A stretch of DNA of 64,000 bases from NCBI RefSeq assembly GCF_027533505.1, contig NZ_JAPZUB010000056.1:77-64076 (forward strand), given 5' to 3'. The translations under genes were made by a program, and so were the position numbers. The stretch comes from Flavobacterium sp. (GTDB lineage Bacteria > Bacteroidota > Bacteroidia > Flavobacteriales > Flavobacteriaceae). Under the pieces are notes generated by a model, which did no database searches, was not told the DNA's origin, and saw only the letters and a list, made by a program, of their open reading frames with translations. Positions 9,708 to 19,680 of this stretch are shown piece after piece; positions within the stretch are counted from its first letter, which is position 1; each line of letters starts with the position of its first letter.

Positions 9708-10536
9708 ATTCATGCATGGCCAAAACAGGAATACTCAAATGATTGGCCATTTTCTCGGTAAAGGATTGTGCAAACAATTGGGCGAAAAATCCTTTTTTAT
9801 AAGTCATCATCGCCAATACATCAATGGAGTTTCCACTAATGAAATCAGCAATTGTTGCTTCTACATCGTCGTTGGGGATAATATGAAATTGAACGGGTTC
9901 CAACGCAAAATGGCTTTTCCAATCATCATAAGTAGCCGGCGTATTGTCGGTATCACGCGTTTCCACATACAAACATTTTACCTTGGCTTGTAATCCTTTG
10001 GCTAACTGAATAACTTCTTGCAGTGCTTTTTTATCTTTTTCTCGAAATCGAGTGGTGAATGCAATTGTTTCAATTCCGGTAAAAGAGGCTTCTTTGGGCA
10101 CGCTCAATACGGGAACCTTCAAATTAGAAATCGCTTCCGTAGTATTGGTGCCCAAAAAATATTCACTCCAACCGGAAGCACCCGCCGTACCCATCACGAC
10201 AAAATCAGCATGTTCCTCTCGAATCAATTCCTTAAGGTTAAAAACCAAATCACCATCGCGTAAAGCATGTGTCAAACGTACCCTCTCGGCCTTGTGTTTT
10301 GCCACAATCACCTTCAATTTTTCTGCTTCCACCTTGAATCGATCAAAATTAATCAACTCCAAGGAATCAAAAAGGGTCTTGTAATTTTGAGGGGCAAATT
10401 GATGGTCGACAATAGGTAATTCGTAGGTATGCAAAAGAATAATCTCTGCATGATACTGTTTTGCCAATGCAAGGGCATAACTAAATGCATTTGTGGCCAC
10501 TTCAGAGAAGTCGGTAGGGAAGACAATTTTTTTCAT
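9706..10536 (-). CDS. Universal stress protein (tandem Usp domains)
   Basis: Starts MKKIVFPTDFS, contains VVMGTAGASG and ends IPVLAM. Confidence 0.9.
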   Translation of the reverse strand: MKKIVFPTDFSEVATNAFSYALALAKQYHAEIILLHTYELPIVDHQFAPQNYKTLFDSLELINFDRFKVEAEKLKVIVAKHKAERVRLTHALRDGDLVFNLKELIREEHADFVVMGTAGASGWSEYFLGTNTTEAISNLKVPVLSVPKEASFTGIETIAFTTRFREKDKKALQEVIQLAKGLQAKVKCLYVETRDTDNTPATYDDWKSHFALEPVQFHIIPNDDVEATIADFISGNSIDVLAMMTYKKGFFAQLFAQSFTEKMANHLSIPVLAMHE

Positions 10537-10657
10537 GATTTCAGTTTTTGTCTTGTAAAATTACTTCCTACTTTCCTACAAAAACATGATAATCATCATA
10601 CTAAAGATACGATAACCTAAAATTAAAACGCAGTTAATACTCCCGAATTAATCCGAG

Positions 10658-12073
10658 CTACATTTCAAAAAACTGATCTTGAAAACCTATCAAATACAAT
10701 CGTTCCTTGGCACGGGTTACGGCGGTGTACAACCATCGTACATCCTCCATTTGAAGTCCGTCGGGAAGATAAGGTTGTTCTACAAAAACAGTATTCCATT
10801 GCCCGCCTTGTGATTTATGGCCTGTAATCGCATAGGCAAATTTTACTTGTAGCCCATTGAAATATTCATTTTGCCGTAAGTGTTCTAAGCGTTTGTATTT
10901 GGATGGTTCGTCGGCGTAATCTAGTAAAACTTCTTCATACAAGCGTTGCGATTGCTCTTGGGTCAATGAAGGAGCTTCGCTAGTTAACGTATCTAATATG
11001 AGTATCGTTTCAAAAGGGATTTGGTCAGGATAATCAACCATTCTAATTTTTACGCGCGCAAATTGAAAACCATACAGTGCTTTGAAACCATAAATTTCAA
11101 GCACTTCAATAGTATCACCGTTGGCAATAAAACCGGCTTCATCGGTCTCTTTCAACCAAAAATAATTATTTTTCACAACCATCAAATAATCCCCCACCGA
11201 GAGTTCACTCTCCTTAAACAAGATACGGGCGCGAATTTGCTGATTGTATTGATTGGCGCGTTTATTGGAACGAACGATAAAAGCAGTATCCTCAATGGAG
11301 TATTGACTGTAGGCATTATTGATGGCGTCTTGAATATCATACCCATCAACCAAGCGAATAATATCTTTGAATCCGCGCAATTGAAATTGAAATCCTTCAA
11401 AAAAAGCGTCGTGTAATACTTCGCGTAACTGGGTTGCATTCCATAATATCCCCGACTTTTCCTCTTGACGCATAACCTCGTCCAGTGTAATGGTATCGAC
11501 TTTTTTTTGATAATGAAGCGACAAGGATTCAATATTCAATGCAGGCGAATCAGTGCGATTAACGGGGGGCAACTGAGCCGTGTCGCCCAAAAGAATGAGT
11601 TTGCAATTTTGATTGTTGTAGACATAAAAAATCAAATCATCCAATAATGAACCCTGTTGATACATACCTGAACCGCCATCATAATCGGAAATCATCGAAG
11701 CTTCATCGACAATAAAAAGCGTGTTTTTATGCTTATTTTGTTGCATGGTAAAAGTGACATTACCCGCCTTTTTCTTCGGAAAATAGATTTTTTTATGGAT
11801 GGTAAATGCGGGCTTATTTGCATAATTGGATATTACTTTGGCGGCACGACCTGTTGGTGCCAACAAAACCGACTTGTATTGAATATCTGGTAAACTTTGA
11901 ACCAAAGCCGCAATCACCGTTGTTTTCCCCGTACCCGCATAGCCTTTTAATACAAAAATCGAATCGTCGTTGGGTTCAAACACAAACTTTGTTATTTTTT
12001 GAAAAAAAACATCCTGTTTCAACGTGGGTTGAAAGGGAAAAGCCTGTTGTAATCGTTGGTAAAATTTTTGCAT
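10658..12073 (-). CDS. RecD2/UvrD-like superfamily-1 ATP-dependent helicase
   Basis: Walker A GYAGTGKTT, LAPTGRAAK, VDEASM, LGDTAQLPPV, HKSQG and WLYTAVTRAK. The ORF opens at 12103; ATG at 12073 is likely. Confidence 0.88.
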   Translation of the reverse strand: MQKFYQRLQQAFPFQPTLKQDVFFQKITKFVFEPNDDSIFVLKGYAGTGKTTVIAALVQSLPDIQYKSVLLAPTGRAAKVISNYANKPAFTIHKKIYFPKKKAGNVTFTMQQNKHKNTLFIVDEASMISDYDGGSGMYQQGSLLDDLIFYVYNNQNCKLILLGDTAQLPPVNRTDSPALNIESLSLHYQKKVDTITLDEVMRQEEKSGILWNATQLREVLHDAFFEGFQFQLRGFKDIIRLVDGYDIQDAINNAYSQYSIEDTAFIVRSNKRANQYNQQIRARILFKESELSVGDYLMVVKNNYFWLKETDEAGFIANGDTIEVLEIYGFKALYGFQFARVKIRMVDYPDQIPFETILILDTLTSEAPSLTQEQSQRLYEEVLLDYADEPSKYKRLEHLRQNEYFNGLQVKFAYAITGHKSQGGQWNTVFVEQPYLPDGLQMEDVRWLYTAVTRAKERLYLIGFQDQFFEM

Positions 12074-12171
12074 AGGACAACAAAGATAGGAGTCTGTCTT
12101 CAAATTTGCCCTCTCGGAAGTCTGCCTTATATTAACAATATTTCGTAAGTTTGCCTCCTCCCGATTAGTTC

Positions 12172-12975
12172 ATGGAAAGTATACTTGATAAAACATATAA
12201 ACGCTTAGTCATTCAGGTTTCTCTGAACGGCTTGTCGTTTGCCGTCATCAATACGATTACTGAACAAATTGAGGTTTTGCAACCGCTACCCTACCCTCCT
12301 TATCAACGTAATACTCCTATCGAAGATTGGTTCACCGTAGTTTTTCACGATCATCCCGAATTGCGTCTGCGGTATGATACCATACAAATTGTTCATACCA
12401 ATGCACTCAACACTTTTGTGCCAACCCCTTTTATTGATGCAGAGTTTAAAGGAAGTTACTTGCAATTCAATACCCGGGTTTTTGAAACCGACTTTTTTGC
12501 CTTTGATACCTTGGCATCCCACGAAATGACCAATGTGTATATCCCGTATGTGAACATGAATAACTTTTTCATCGATCAATACGGTTCGTTTGATTACTGC
12601 CATGCACATTCCATTTTGGTTCAAAAATTATTGGAATACAGTAAGCATTCGGTCGAACCTGTAATGTATGTGCATCGCGCTCCTTCCCATTTTGAAATTG
12701 TAGTAATTGCGCAACGGAAGTTGTTTTTTTTCAATGCGTTTGACTATCAAACCCCTGAGGATTTTATTTATTACATATTATTTACTGCCGAGCAGTTGCA
12801 ACTTAATCCAGAGCAATTTCAATTGGAGTTGTTGGGTACATTTGAGGAAGACGATGCCTATTACCAAATGGCCTATACCTATATTCGACAGGTACAGCTC
12901 ATGCCGTTGCGCGCTATCAATAATGGGCGAAGTGAACAGGAAAACCGTCACCATTTTATTCTTGTTCACGCATGA
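12172..12975 (+). CDS. DUF3822 family protein
   Basis: Bacteroidota protein upstream of rsmD, with LFFFNAFDYQTPEDFIYYILF. Confidence 0.8.
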   Translation: MESILDKTYKRLVIQVSLNGLSFAVINTITEQIEVLQPLPYPPYQRNTPIEDWFTVVFHDHPELRLRYDTIQIVHTNALNTFVPTPFIDAEFKGSYLQFNTRVFETDFFAFDTLASHEMTNVYIPYVNMNNFFIDQYGSFDYCHAHSILVQKLLEYSKHSVEPVMYVHRAPSHFEIVVIAQRKLFFFNAFDYQTPEDFIYYILFTAEQLQLNPEQFQLELLGTFEEDDAYYQMAYTYIRQVQLMPLRAINNGRSEQENRHHFILVHA

Positions 12976-13529
12976 GAATTATTTCCGGAAAATACAAAGG
13001 GCGTCGATTGGTAGCTCCTAAAAACTTACCCGTTCGCCCCACCACGGATATGAGTAAAGAATCCTTGTTTAATATCTTGAATAACCATTTTCATTTTGCA
13101 AACTTGAAGGTGTTGGATTTATTTGCCGGAACGGGAAATATCAGTTATGAATTTGGATCCCGCGGTTGTGAAGATCTAACTTGTGTGGATGCCAACTACA
13201 GTTGCATTCAATACATTAAGAAAACAGCACAGGAACTGAACCTCAATATTACTCCGATAAAAAGTGATGTTTTTTCCTTTTTGGAACGTCATCGAGGAAA
13301 TTATGATGTGATTTTTGCTGACCCACCGTACGATATGGCAGAAAAAGATTTTCATCGATTGGTGGGGTTAATCTTTACACAAGATTTGTTGGATGAACAA
13401 GGGGTTTTGGTGGTTGAACATTCGAAGCACACCCCAATAAAAGATTTGGAAAATTTTGCCTACTATAAAAACTATGGTGCTTCGGTTTTTTCCTTTTTTG
13501 AATATCCTGAAATTGAAGACGAAGCATAA
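12972..13529 (+). CDS. rsmD: 16S rRNA m2G966 methyltransferase RsmD family
   Basis: Motifs MRIISGKYKGRRL, RPTTD, LDLFAGTG and DPPY. Confidence 0.92.
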   Translation: MRIISGKYKGRRLVAPKNLPVRPTTDMSKESLFNILNNHFHFANLKVLDLFAGTGNISYEFGSRGCEDLTCVDANYSCIQYIKKTAQELNLNITPIKSDVFSFLERHRGNYDVIFADPPYDMAEKDFHRLVGLIFTQDLLDEQGVLVVEHSKHTPIKDLENFAYYKNYGASVFSFFEYPEIEDEA

Positions 13530-13532
13530 AAA

Positions 13533-13844
13533 AGCAGACCTGTAAGCCGGATTCTGTATTCCAAATACTCGGAACCCTTATCATTTATCTAGCCGCGTTA
13601 TTACTAACGCGATCCATCTGCCTACCCCCCGGCAACGGACGAGTAACCCTTAACTGCCGGTATACATGGCATTGCACCGCATAGAGTTTACCTGATTTCA
13701 CTACAGCCGAACTGTACATCCTTTCTGTTGCACTGGTCCTTCTCGTTCAAAAAACGAGCGACGGGTGTTACCCGCTATGCTACTCTTTGGTGTCCGGACT
13801 TTCCTCTCTCCCAACGAATCGGGACAGCGATAAGGCGGTCTGCT
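13533..13844 (-). ncRNA. rnpB: RNase P RNA, bacterial type A
   Basis: The minus strand contains GAGGAAAGTCCGG, AGTGCAACAGAAAG and ACAGAATCCGGCTTA. The P1 ends are complementary (AGCAGACC / GGTCTGCT). Confidence 0.97.
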
Positions 13845-13848
13845 GGCG

Positions 13849-13856
13849 CAAAGATA
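13849..13856 (-). promoter_or_regulatory. -7 promoter box (TATCTTTG) for rnpB
   Basis: CAAAGATA on the plus strand lies immediately upstream of the rnpB 5' end. Confidence 0.7.
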
Positions 13857-14027
13857 GTTTTAATTGTTTGTAAAAAGCGGCTTTCTATTTTTAAAAAAGT
13901 AAAAGTAACTATTGGTCATGACAGCATCCATCTACAAGGCAGGATGTGAATAAGTTTTGATGAAAAAGGGATGGGGTAAGCGAACTGATTTTGTAAAAAA
14001 ACTATATTTGTAATCCAATTGAGATTC

Positions 14028-15110
14028 ATGGAACAATTTGTAGTATCTGCCCGAAAATACCGTCCGCAAACGTTTAAAGATGTTGTGGGACAGCAGGCTA
14101 TTACCAATACGTTATTGAATGCCATTGAAACCAATCACTTGGCGCAAGCGTTACTTTTTACAGGTCCTAGAGGAGTAGGAAAAACAACCTGTGCACGTAT
14201 CCTTGCCCGAAAAATCAATCAGCCAGGGTATGACGACCCCAATGAAGACTTTGCCTTTAATGTGTTTGAATTGGATGCCGCATCCAACAATTCGGTAGAT
14301 GACATTCGCAATTTGATTGATCAGGTACGCATCCCACCCCAAACGGGACAATATAAAGTGTACATCATCGACGAGGTTCACATGCTGTCCACGGCGGCTT
14401 TCAATGCGTTTTTGAAAACATTGGAAGAACCCCCAAAGCATGCCATTTTTATTTTGGCGACTACAGAAAAGCACAAAATCATTCCAACCATCTTATCGCG
14501 TTGTCAAATATTTGATTTCAAAAGAATCACCGTCAATGATGCCAAAGAGCATTTAGCGGAAGTAGCACGAAGTCAAGGGGTGCAATTTGAAGATGATGCT
14601 TTACATATCATAGCCCAAAAAGCCGATGGCGCTATGCGAGATGCCCTGTCAATTTTTGACCGTGTGGTATCCTATTGTGGAACAAATTTGACCCGTCAAG
14701 CAGTGACTGAAAATCTCAATGTATTGGATTTTGAGACTTATGTTGCGATGACCAATTTAATTTTAGCCCATGACATTCCTCAAATTTTAGTAGCTTATCA
14801 TCACGTTTTGGCCAAAGGATTTGATGGCCATCACTTTATTGTGGGTTTGGCATCGCATTTTAGAGATTTGATGGTATGTAAAAATCCAGCGACACTTGCC
14901 TTATTGGAAGCGGGAGAACAGGCACAAATGCTGTATAAAGAACAAGCTGAAAAATGTGAAAGTGACTTTTTACTAAAAGCCATAGCCTTGGCCAACGAAT
15001 GCGATTTAAAGTATAAAACATCGCAAAATCAGCGTTTATTAGTAGAACTTACTCTGATGCAATTGTGCTCCATCTCCTTTGATGGAGAAAAAAAAAAGTT
15101 GACTTCATAA
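14028..15110 (+). CDS. dnaX: DNA polymerase III gamma/tau, frame-0 (gamma-length, 360 aa) portion
   Basis: Motifs SARKYRP, GPRGVGKTT, ELDAAS, IIDEVHML and FILATTE. A TATATTTG box at 14003-14010 supports ATG 14028. Confidence 0.95.
   Translation: MEQFVVSARKYRPQTFKDVVGQQAITNTLLNAIETNHLAQALLFTGPRGVGKTTCARILARKINQPGYDDPNEDFAFNVFELDAASNNSVDDIRNLIDQVRIPPQTGQYKVYIIDEVHMLSTAAFNAFLKTLEEPPKHAIFILATTEKHKIIPTILSRCQIFDFKRITVNDAKEHLAEVARSQGVQFEDDALHIIAQKADGAMRDALSIFDRVVSYCGTNLTRQAVTENLNVLDFETYVAMTNLILAHDIPQILVAYHHVLAKGFDGHHFIVGLASHFRDLMVCKNPATLALLEAGEQAQMLYKEQAEKCESDFLLKAIALANECDLKYKTSQNQRLLVELTLMQLCSISFDGEKKKLTS
15088..15098 (+). other. Candidate recoding site in dnaX (A10 run containing in-frame A_AAA_AAG)
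   Basis: GAA AAA AAA AAG TTG ACT TCA TAA in frame 0. The -1 frame is open from 15098 to 15796. Confidence 0.75.
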
Positions 15111-15796
15111 TTCCGCCAACGTATTACAGCACAAGTAAATACTCCATCACTGAACTAAAAAATCAGAAAAAAGAAACGACATCCTCACCAGCCATTGAAA
15201 CTAGCATCCCTCAGCCTTCAGCAGCAGTGATACCGGTATCGGATCCATTGGAAGTTCCCAAATCGGATGCATCGCGTATCGAACCACCTGTTTCCAAACC
15301 TTTACAAACAATAGTGCCTGGTCAGACCGAAATAGGAAAAGTTTCGGCTTTGTCGCTATCGAGTATTCGTGCGAAAAAGGAACTGTTGGAACAGCAAAAA
15401 AATACAGTTCGCGAAGAACAAAAAGCGTTGCCAACGGAACCTTTTACAGCCACAGAACTATTGGAACAATGGTATAAATATGCCGACCGATTAAATGACA
15501 AAGGGCACAAAATTATGGAGGCATTATTGCGCATCAATGATCCGCGACTGGAAGGCACTACCATTATTCATACGTTACCCAATCAGGGGTCAAAATTGGA
15601 CTTTGACAAAGAAAAGCCTGAGCTTGTTGCATTTTTACGCGCCAAACTACACAATCATGAAATCGGACTTGAAGTCGAAGTCAATGAAGAAGTTAAAAGT
15701 AAAATTGCCTTTACGCCCCAAGATAAGTACCTTCGACTACAAGAAATCAATCCTGCATTGGAATTGTTGCGGAAACAATTTGACCTTGATGTATAA
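15098..15796 (+). CDS. dnaX: DnaX tau C-terminal portion, reached by a -1 shift; the track calls it from GTG 15227
   Basis: The -1 frame reads VDFIIPPTYY..., then a P/S/T-rich linker and LSLSSIRAKKE...LQEINPALELLRKQFDL, as expected for a tau tail. Confidence 0.7.
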   Translation, partial: VDFIIPPTYYSTSKYSITELKNQKKETTSSPAIETSIPQPSAAVIPVSDPLEVPKSDASRIEPPVSKPLQTIVPGQTEIGKVSALSLSSIRAKKELLEQQKNTVREEQKALPTEPFTATELLEQWYKYADRLNDKGHKIMEALLRINDPRLEGTTIIHTLPNQGSKLDFDKEKPELVAFLRAKLHNHEIGLEVEVNEEVKSKIAFTPQDKYLRLQEINPALELLRKQFDLDV

Positions 15797-15802
15797 CGTT
15801 TT

Positions 15803-16708
15803 TTAGAACTTTATAGATTCAATTTTTCCGTGATACATTGCCTTTACGATGCCATCGGAGAGACCAATTTTAGGAACATAGATTTTTCTAGCTCCACTCC
15901 ATTTCATGGCGTTTAAATAAATCTTTGTCGCTGGAATAATTACGTCGGCACGGTCTGTATTCAGCGCTAATTCTGCTACACGTTGTTCATAAGTCAACGA
16001 ATTTAAATATTGATATTGTGCATTTAAATACAGATAAGAAAGGGGCTGATCGGGTAATTTTCCTGACAGTTTAAAGAGCTTGTTAATGTTGCCACCAGAT
16101 CCCACTAAAATAACATCGTCATAAGGTTGACATTGGGTGCGCACCCATTCTTCGATGGCATTCCATGTTTCATCGGGAACGCGATCATTGAGTAAACGTA
16201 CGGTTCCGTTTCGGAAGGATTTGGAGGCAATCATTTTACCCTCAGAAAACAAGGAAAACTCTGTACTACCTCCCCCAACATCGACATACAAATACGTTTT
16301 GTCGGCTGTAATAAAGGAGTGTAAATCGGAGGAAGCAATGATCATGGCCTCGGTTTTTCCGTCAATAATTTCAATATCAATAGTTGCTTTTTCCTTGATG
16401 AGTTTCACCACATCGGGTCCGTTTAACGAATCGCGCATAGCCGAAGTAGCACAGGCTTTATAACGTTCAACTTTGTAGACTTTCATCAACAATCGAAATG
16501 CTTCCATGGCATCGACCATGCGTAATGCATTTTCTTGAGAAATGATTCCGGTGGTAAATGAATCTTGCCCTAGACGAATAGGCACCCGAATTAAAGAGGA
16601 CTTATTAAACTGCGGCTCTTTTCCTTCTTGCTCTACAATGTTAGTGATTAACAAGCGCATCGCATTGGAACCAATATCAATCGCAGCATATTTACGAATT
16701 GCAATCAT
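15803..16708 (-). CDS. ppx: Exopolyphosphatase Ppx/GppA family
   Basis: Motifs AIDIGSNAMRL, RLGQD, ATSAMRD, DVGGGSTE and GSGGN; adjacent to ppk1. Confidence 0.92.
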   Translation of the reverse strand: MIAIRKYAAIDIGSNAMRLLITNIVEQEGKEPQFNKSSLIRVPIRLGQDSFTTGIISQENALRMVDAMEAFRLLMKVYKVERYKACATSAMRDSLNGPDVVKLIKEKATIDIEIIDGKTEAMIIASSDLHSFITADKTYLYVDVGGGSTEFSLFSEGKMIASKSFRNGTVRLLNDRVPDETWNAIEEWVRTQCQPYDDVILVGSGGNINKLFKLSGKLPDQPLSYLYLNAQYQYLNSLTYEQRVAELALNTDRADVIIPATKIYLNAMKWSGARKIYVPKIGLSDGIVKAMYHGKIESIKF

Positions 16709-16723
16709 AGGTTTGGGGCTATA

Positions 16724-18838
16724 TTAAGGGAGTAAGGGTTGTTCATCATAGAGGCGTTGAAAATAGGCATACATTTCATATTGTGCTCTAAATACGGGCG
16801 AATGTTCATCACGCGTCCGGTAACGATTGTCTAATTTTTCGGAATGAAAACGGGCTTTCACATTTCCTTTCCATCCAATTTCAAACGTATCGATAAGAAT
16901 TTTTTTGATATCGGCTTGATAAATGGGGCAAGTAACTTCTACCCTACCGTCAAGATTTCGCGTCATAAAATCGGCCGAAGAAATATAGATATCGGGGTTC
17001 CCTTCATTTCCAAAAATAAAAACGCGGGCATGTTCTAGTAAATTATCGACGATACTTATGGCTTGAATATTCTCACTCATCCCAGGAACTCCCGGAATTA
17101 ATGAGCAAATTCCACGTATTTGCAAACGAATTTTTACCCCCGCATTACTCGCTTCATACAGTTTATCAATCATCTCAAAATCAGAGAGTGAATTCATTTT
17201 TAAATCAATCGTTGCTCCTTTGCCGAGGGTAGCATTGAGAATTTCGCGGTCAATTAATTTATAGATGCGATTTCTTGTATAATGAGGGGAAACAATAAGG
17301 TGTTTGTAGCGGTGCAAACGGTAATTGATGTCAAAAAACTCAAAAATTTTAGTAACATCTTTAAGGATTTGTTGATGACTCGTAAATAAGGTGACATCGG
17401 TATACACTTTGGCCGATGATTCATTGAAATTACCTGTAGAAATGAATCCGTATCGTTTTAACTTATGCTCTTCTATTCGTTCGACAACACAAATTTTACT
17501 GTGTACTTTTAATCCTTTGATGCCAAAAATCAATTCAATGCCTTCTTGTTGCATCATTTCTGAGTACGAAATATTACTTTCTTCATCAAAGCGGGCTTGC
17601 AATTCAATTTGAACTACAACCCGTTTGCCATTTTTAGCTGCATTAATGAGGGAACTAATAATTTGCGAGTTTTTGGCCAGACGGTATAATGTAATTTTTA
17701 TGGAAGTAACTTTAGGATCTAAGGCGGCTTCTCGTAAAAACTTAATGAGGTAAGAAAACGATTGGAAAGGGGCATACACCAAATAATCTTTTTGCGCAAT
17801 TTTTTGTAACATATTCCCCTCCAATGAAAGTCCCGGAACGGGTAGCGGTACTTTCTTTTGATACAATAAATCAAATCGTCCTAAGTTGGGGAAATCCATA
17901 TAGTCACGACGGTTGTGGTAACGTCCGCCTGGAATCACACTGTCTGATTTATCAATACCCATTCGATTAAGGAAGAAACTTAAGGTATCTTTATCAATCA
18001 TGGTATCATAGACAAACCGTACAGGTTCACCAACACGACGCTCTTTGACAGAGGACGCAATTTTCTGTAACATACTCTTATTCAAATCACTATCAATATC
18101 CAATTGGGCATCGCGAGTAATTTTGATCATGTGAGCAGAAATACTTTCGTAGTCGAAAATATTGAATATGGAACTCAAGTTATAGCGAATCACATCATCC
18201 AAAAGCATAATATATTGTTTGTTTTCAAGGGCAGGTAAAACCACAACGCGATTGATGTTTTTGGGGATTTCTATAAGGGCGTAACGGACTTCTTTCGGTT
18301 TCATTTTCCCAAATAAACCTGACTTGTTTTCGCTTCGCATAACCAATTTGACCGCCAAGTAGCCGGAGGTATCTTTTAATAGTGGAAATTCAGCCAAATC
18401 ATTTAAAATGACCGTAACTAATTCTGGACTAACATTTTGAATAAAAAAATCATGAACAAAATTTTGATGTTCTTGACAAAGTTGATTTTCGTTAACTATA
18501 ACTATATTTTCCTTTTCTAACTCTTTTTCAATGGTGCTAAGGATACGAAGACTATCGGATTGTTGCTTGATAACTATTTCAGTGATTTCTTTTACTAATT
18601 GTTGCGCAGAGATTCCGCCTAATATTTTCTCACCAGTTTGTCCAGAGAGACTTAAACGACGAATAGCCGCATAACGCACCCTGAAAAATTCATCTAAATT
18701 ATTGGAAAAAATACCTAAAAAACGAAGTCTGTCGAGCAAAGGAACTGTGGGATCAGCGGCCTCTTGAAGAACACGAGCATTGAAGGTGAGCCAACTTTTT
18801 TCGCGGTCAATATAAGTGAATTTACGTGAGTTTGTCAT
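16724..18838 (-). CDS. ppk1: Polyphosphate kinase 1
   Basis: Motifs SWLTFNARVLQEA, NLDEFFRVR, ELQARFDEE, LKVHSK, STGNFNE, LEHAR and SADFMTRN. Confidence 0.96.
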   Translation of the reverse strand: MTNSRKFTYIDREKSWLTFNARVLQEAADPTVPLLDRLRFLGIFSNNLDEFFRVRYAAIRRLSLSGQTGEKILGGISAQQLVKEITEIVIKQQSDSLRILSTIEKELEKENIVIVNENQLCQEHQNFVHDFFIQNVSPELVTVILNDLAEFPLLKDTSGYLAVKLVMRSENKSGLFGKMKPKEVRYALIEIPKNINRVVVLPALENKQYIMLLDDVIRYNLSSIFNIFDYESISAHMIKITRDAQLDIDSDLNKSMLQKIASSVKERRVGEPVRFVYDTMIDKDTLSFFLNRMGIDKSDSVIPGGRYHNRRDYMDFPNLGRFDLLYQKKVPLPVPGLSLEGNMLQKIAQKDYLVYAPFQSFSYLIKFLREAALDPKVTSIKITLYRLAKNSQIISSLINAAKNGKRVVVQIELQARFDEESNISYSEMMQQEGIELIFGIKGLKVHSKICVVERIEEHKLKRYGFISTGNFNESSAKVYTDVTLFTSHQQILKDVTKIFEFFDINYRLHRYKHLIVSPHYTRNRIYKLIDREILNATLGKGATIDLKMNSLSDFEMIDKLYEASNAGVKIRLQIRGICSLIPGVPGMSENIQAISIVDNLLEHARVFIFGNEGNPDIYISSADFMTRNLDGRVEVTCPIYQADIKKILIDTFEIGWKGNVKARFHSEKLDNRYRTRDEHSPVFRAQYEMYAYFQRLYDEQPLLP

Positions 18839-19325
18839 TTTGTAATGCGCTGGGAGTTATAAATCGTATTGTTTTTCCTTTAGTGATTGAAGCCCAACTT
18901 TCTGCTTCAAATGCAATTGTTACCCAAGCTGCTGTGGGAACATTAGGAATAAACAAGTCCCCAAATTTATTAACAAAATCTGTAATAGCATTGTTATGAC
19001 CAAAAAGAAATACCTCAGTGTATTCAGGTTTCATTTTTTTAACGAATCGTTCTAAATCGTTTACATCAAACGTATAAAGTTCCTCGACGATTTCAAGAGT
19101 TGGAAATGGCACCTCTTGATTCGCCGTGATTAGTTTTGCTGTTGCTCGAGCTCTAACTGCCGGACTTGAATAGATTTTTTGAGGCATGCATTGCTGACGA
19201 AGTAACTCTTTTCGCATATTTTCGGCATTCGTAATTCCACGTTCATTTAAGGGGCGCAATCGATCATCCAAAGGAAATTCCCAAGAAGATTTAGCATGTC
19301 GTATTAGTGAAAGACTGAATTTCAT
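18822..19325 (-). CDS. sixA: SixA-like histidine phosphatase
   Basis: Motifs LIRHAKS, SSPAVRA, GHN and VPTA. Confidence 0.85.
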   Translation of the reverse strand: MKFSLSLIRHAKSSWEFPLDDRLRPLNERGITNAENMRKELLRQQCMPQKIYSSPAVRARATAKLITANQEVPFPTLEIVEELYTFDVNDLERFVKKMKPEYTEVFLFGHNNAITDFVNKFGDLFIPNVPTAAWVTIAFEAESWASITKGKTIRFITPSALQNDKLT

Positions 19326-19504
19326 TTTTTTTGTAAGATTTTACATGTTATATATGTCTTTTTTTGCCTTTTATCCATTTTTTTTACACTTTATCGATTT
19401 TTTATTTGGTCAGCTAAATTTAACACTGTACTTACGATTTGTTAAAAGTATGCATTTTGTCGATGTTTTTTGACTTCGTTTGTAGTATTAAATGCGTTTT
19501 AACA

Positions 19505-19555
19505 TCGATGAATGCTGAAAATTATGTCGTTGAAAAACATATATTTTTCGACGAA
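19505..19555 (+). promoter_or_regulatory. Three phased direct repeats TCG(A/T)(T/C)GAA, candidate transcription-factor site
   Basis: TCGATGAA at 19505, TCGTTGAA at 19527 and TCGACGAA at 19548 (22/21-bp spacing), upstream of the adhesin operon. Confidence 0.45.
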
Positions 19556-19680
19556 TGATTGAAAAACATGGAAAAATGGAAGTTTAACGAGTTTTAGCGC
19601 AGTTCACAGATAAAATTGAAATAGCAAAACTTATCAACATAATTTTGAACAATGTTAACTTTTTCCTAAAAGTATAAAAC

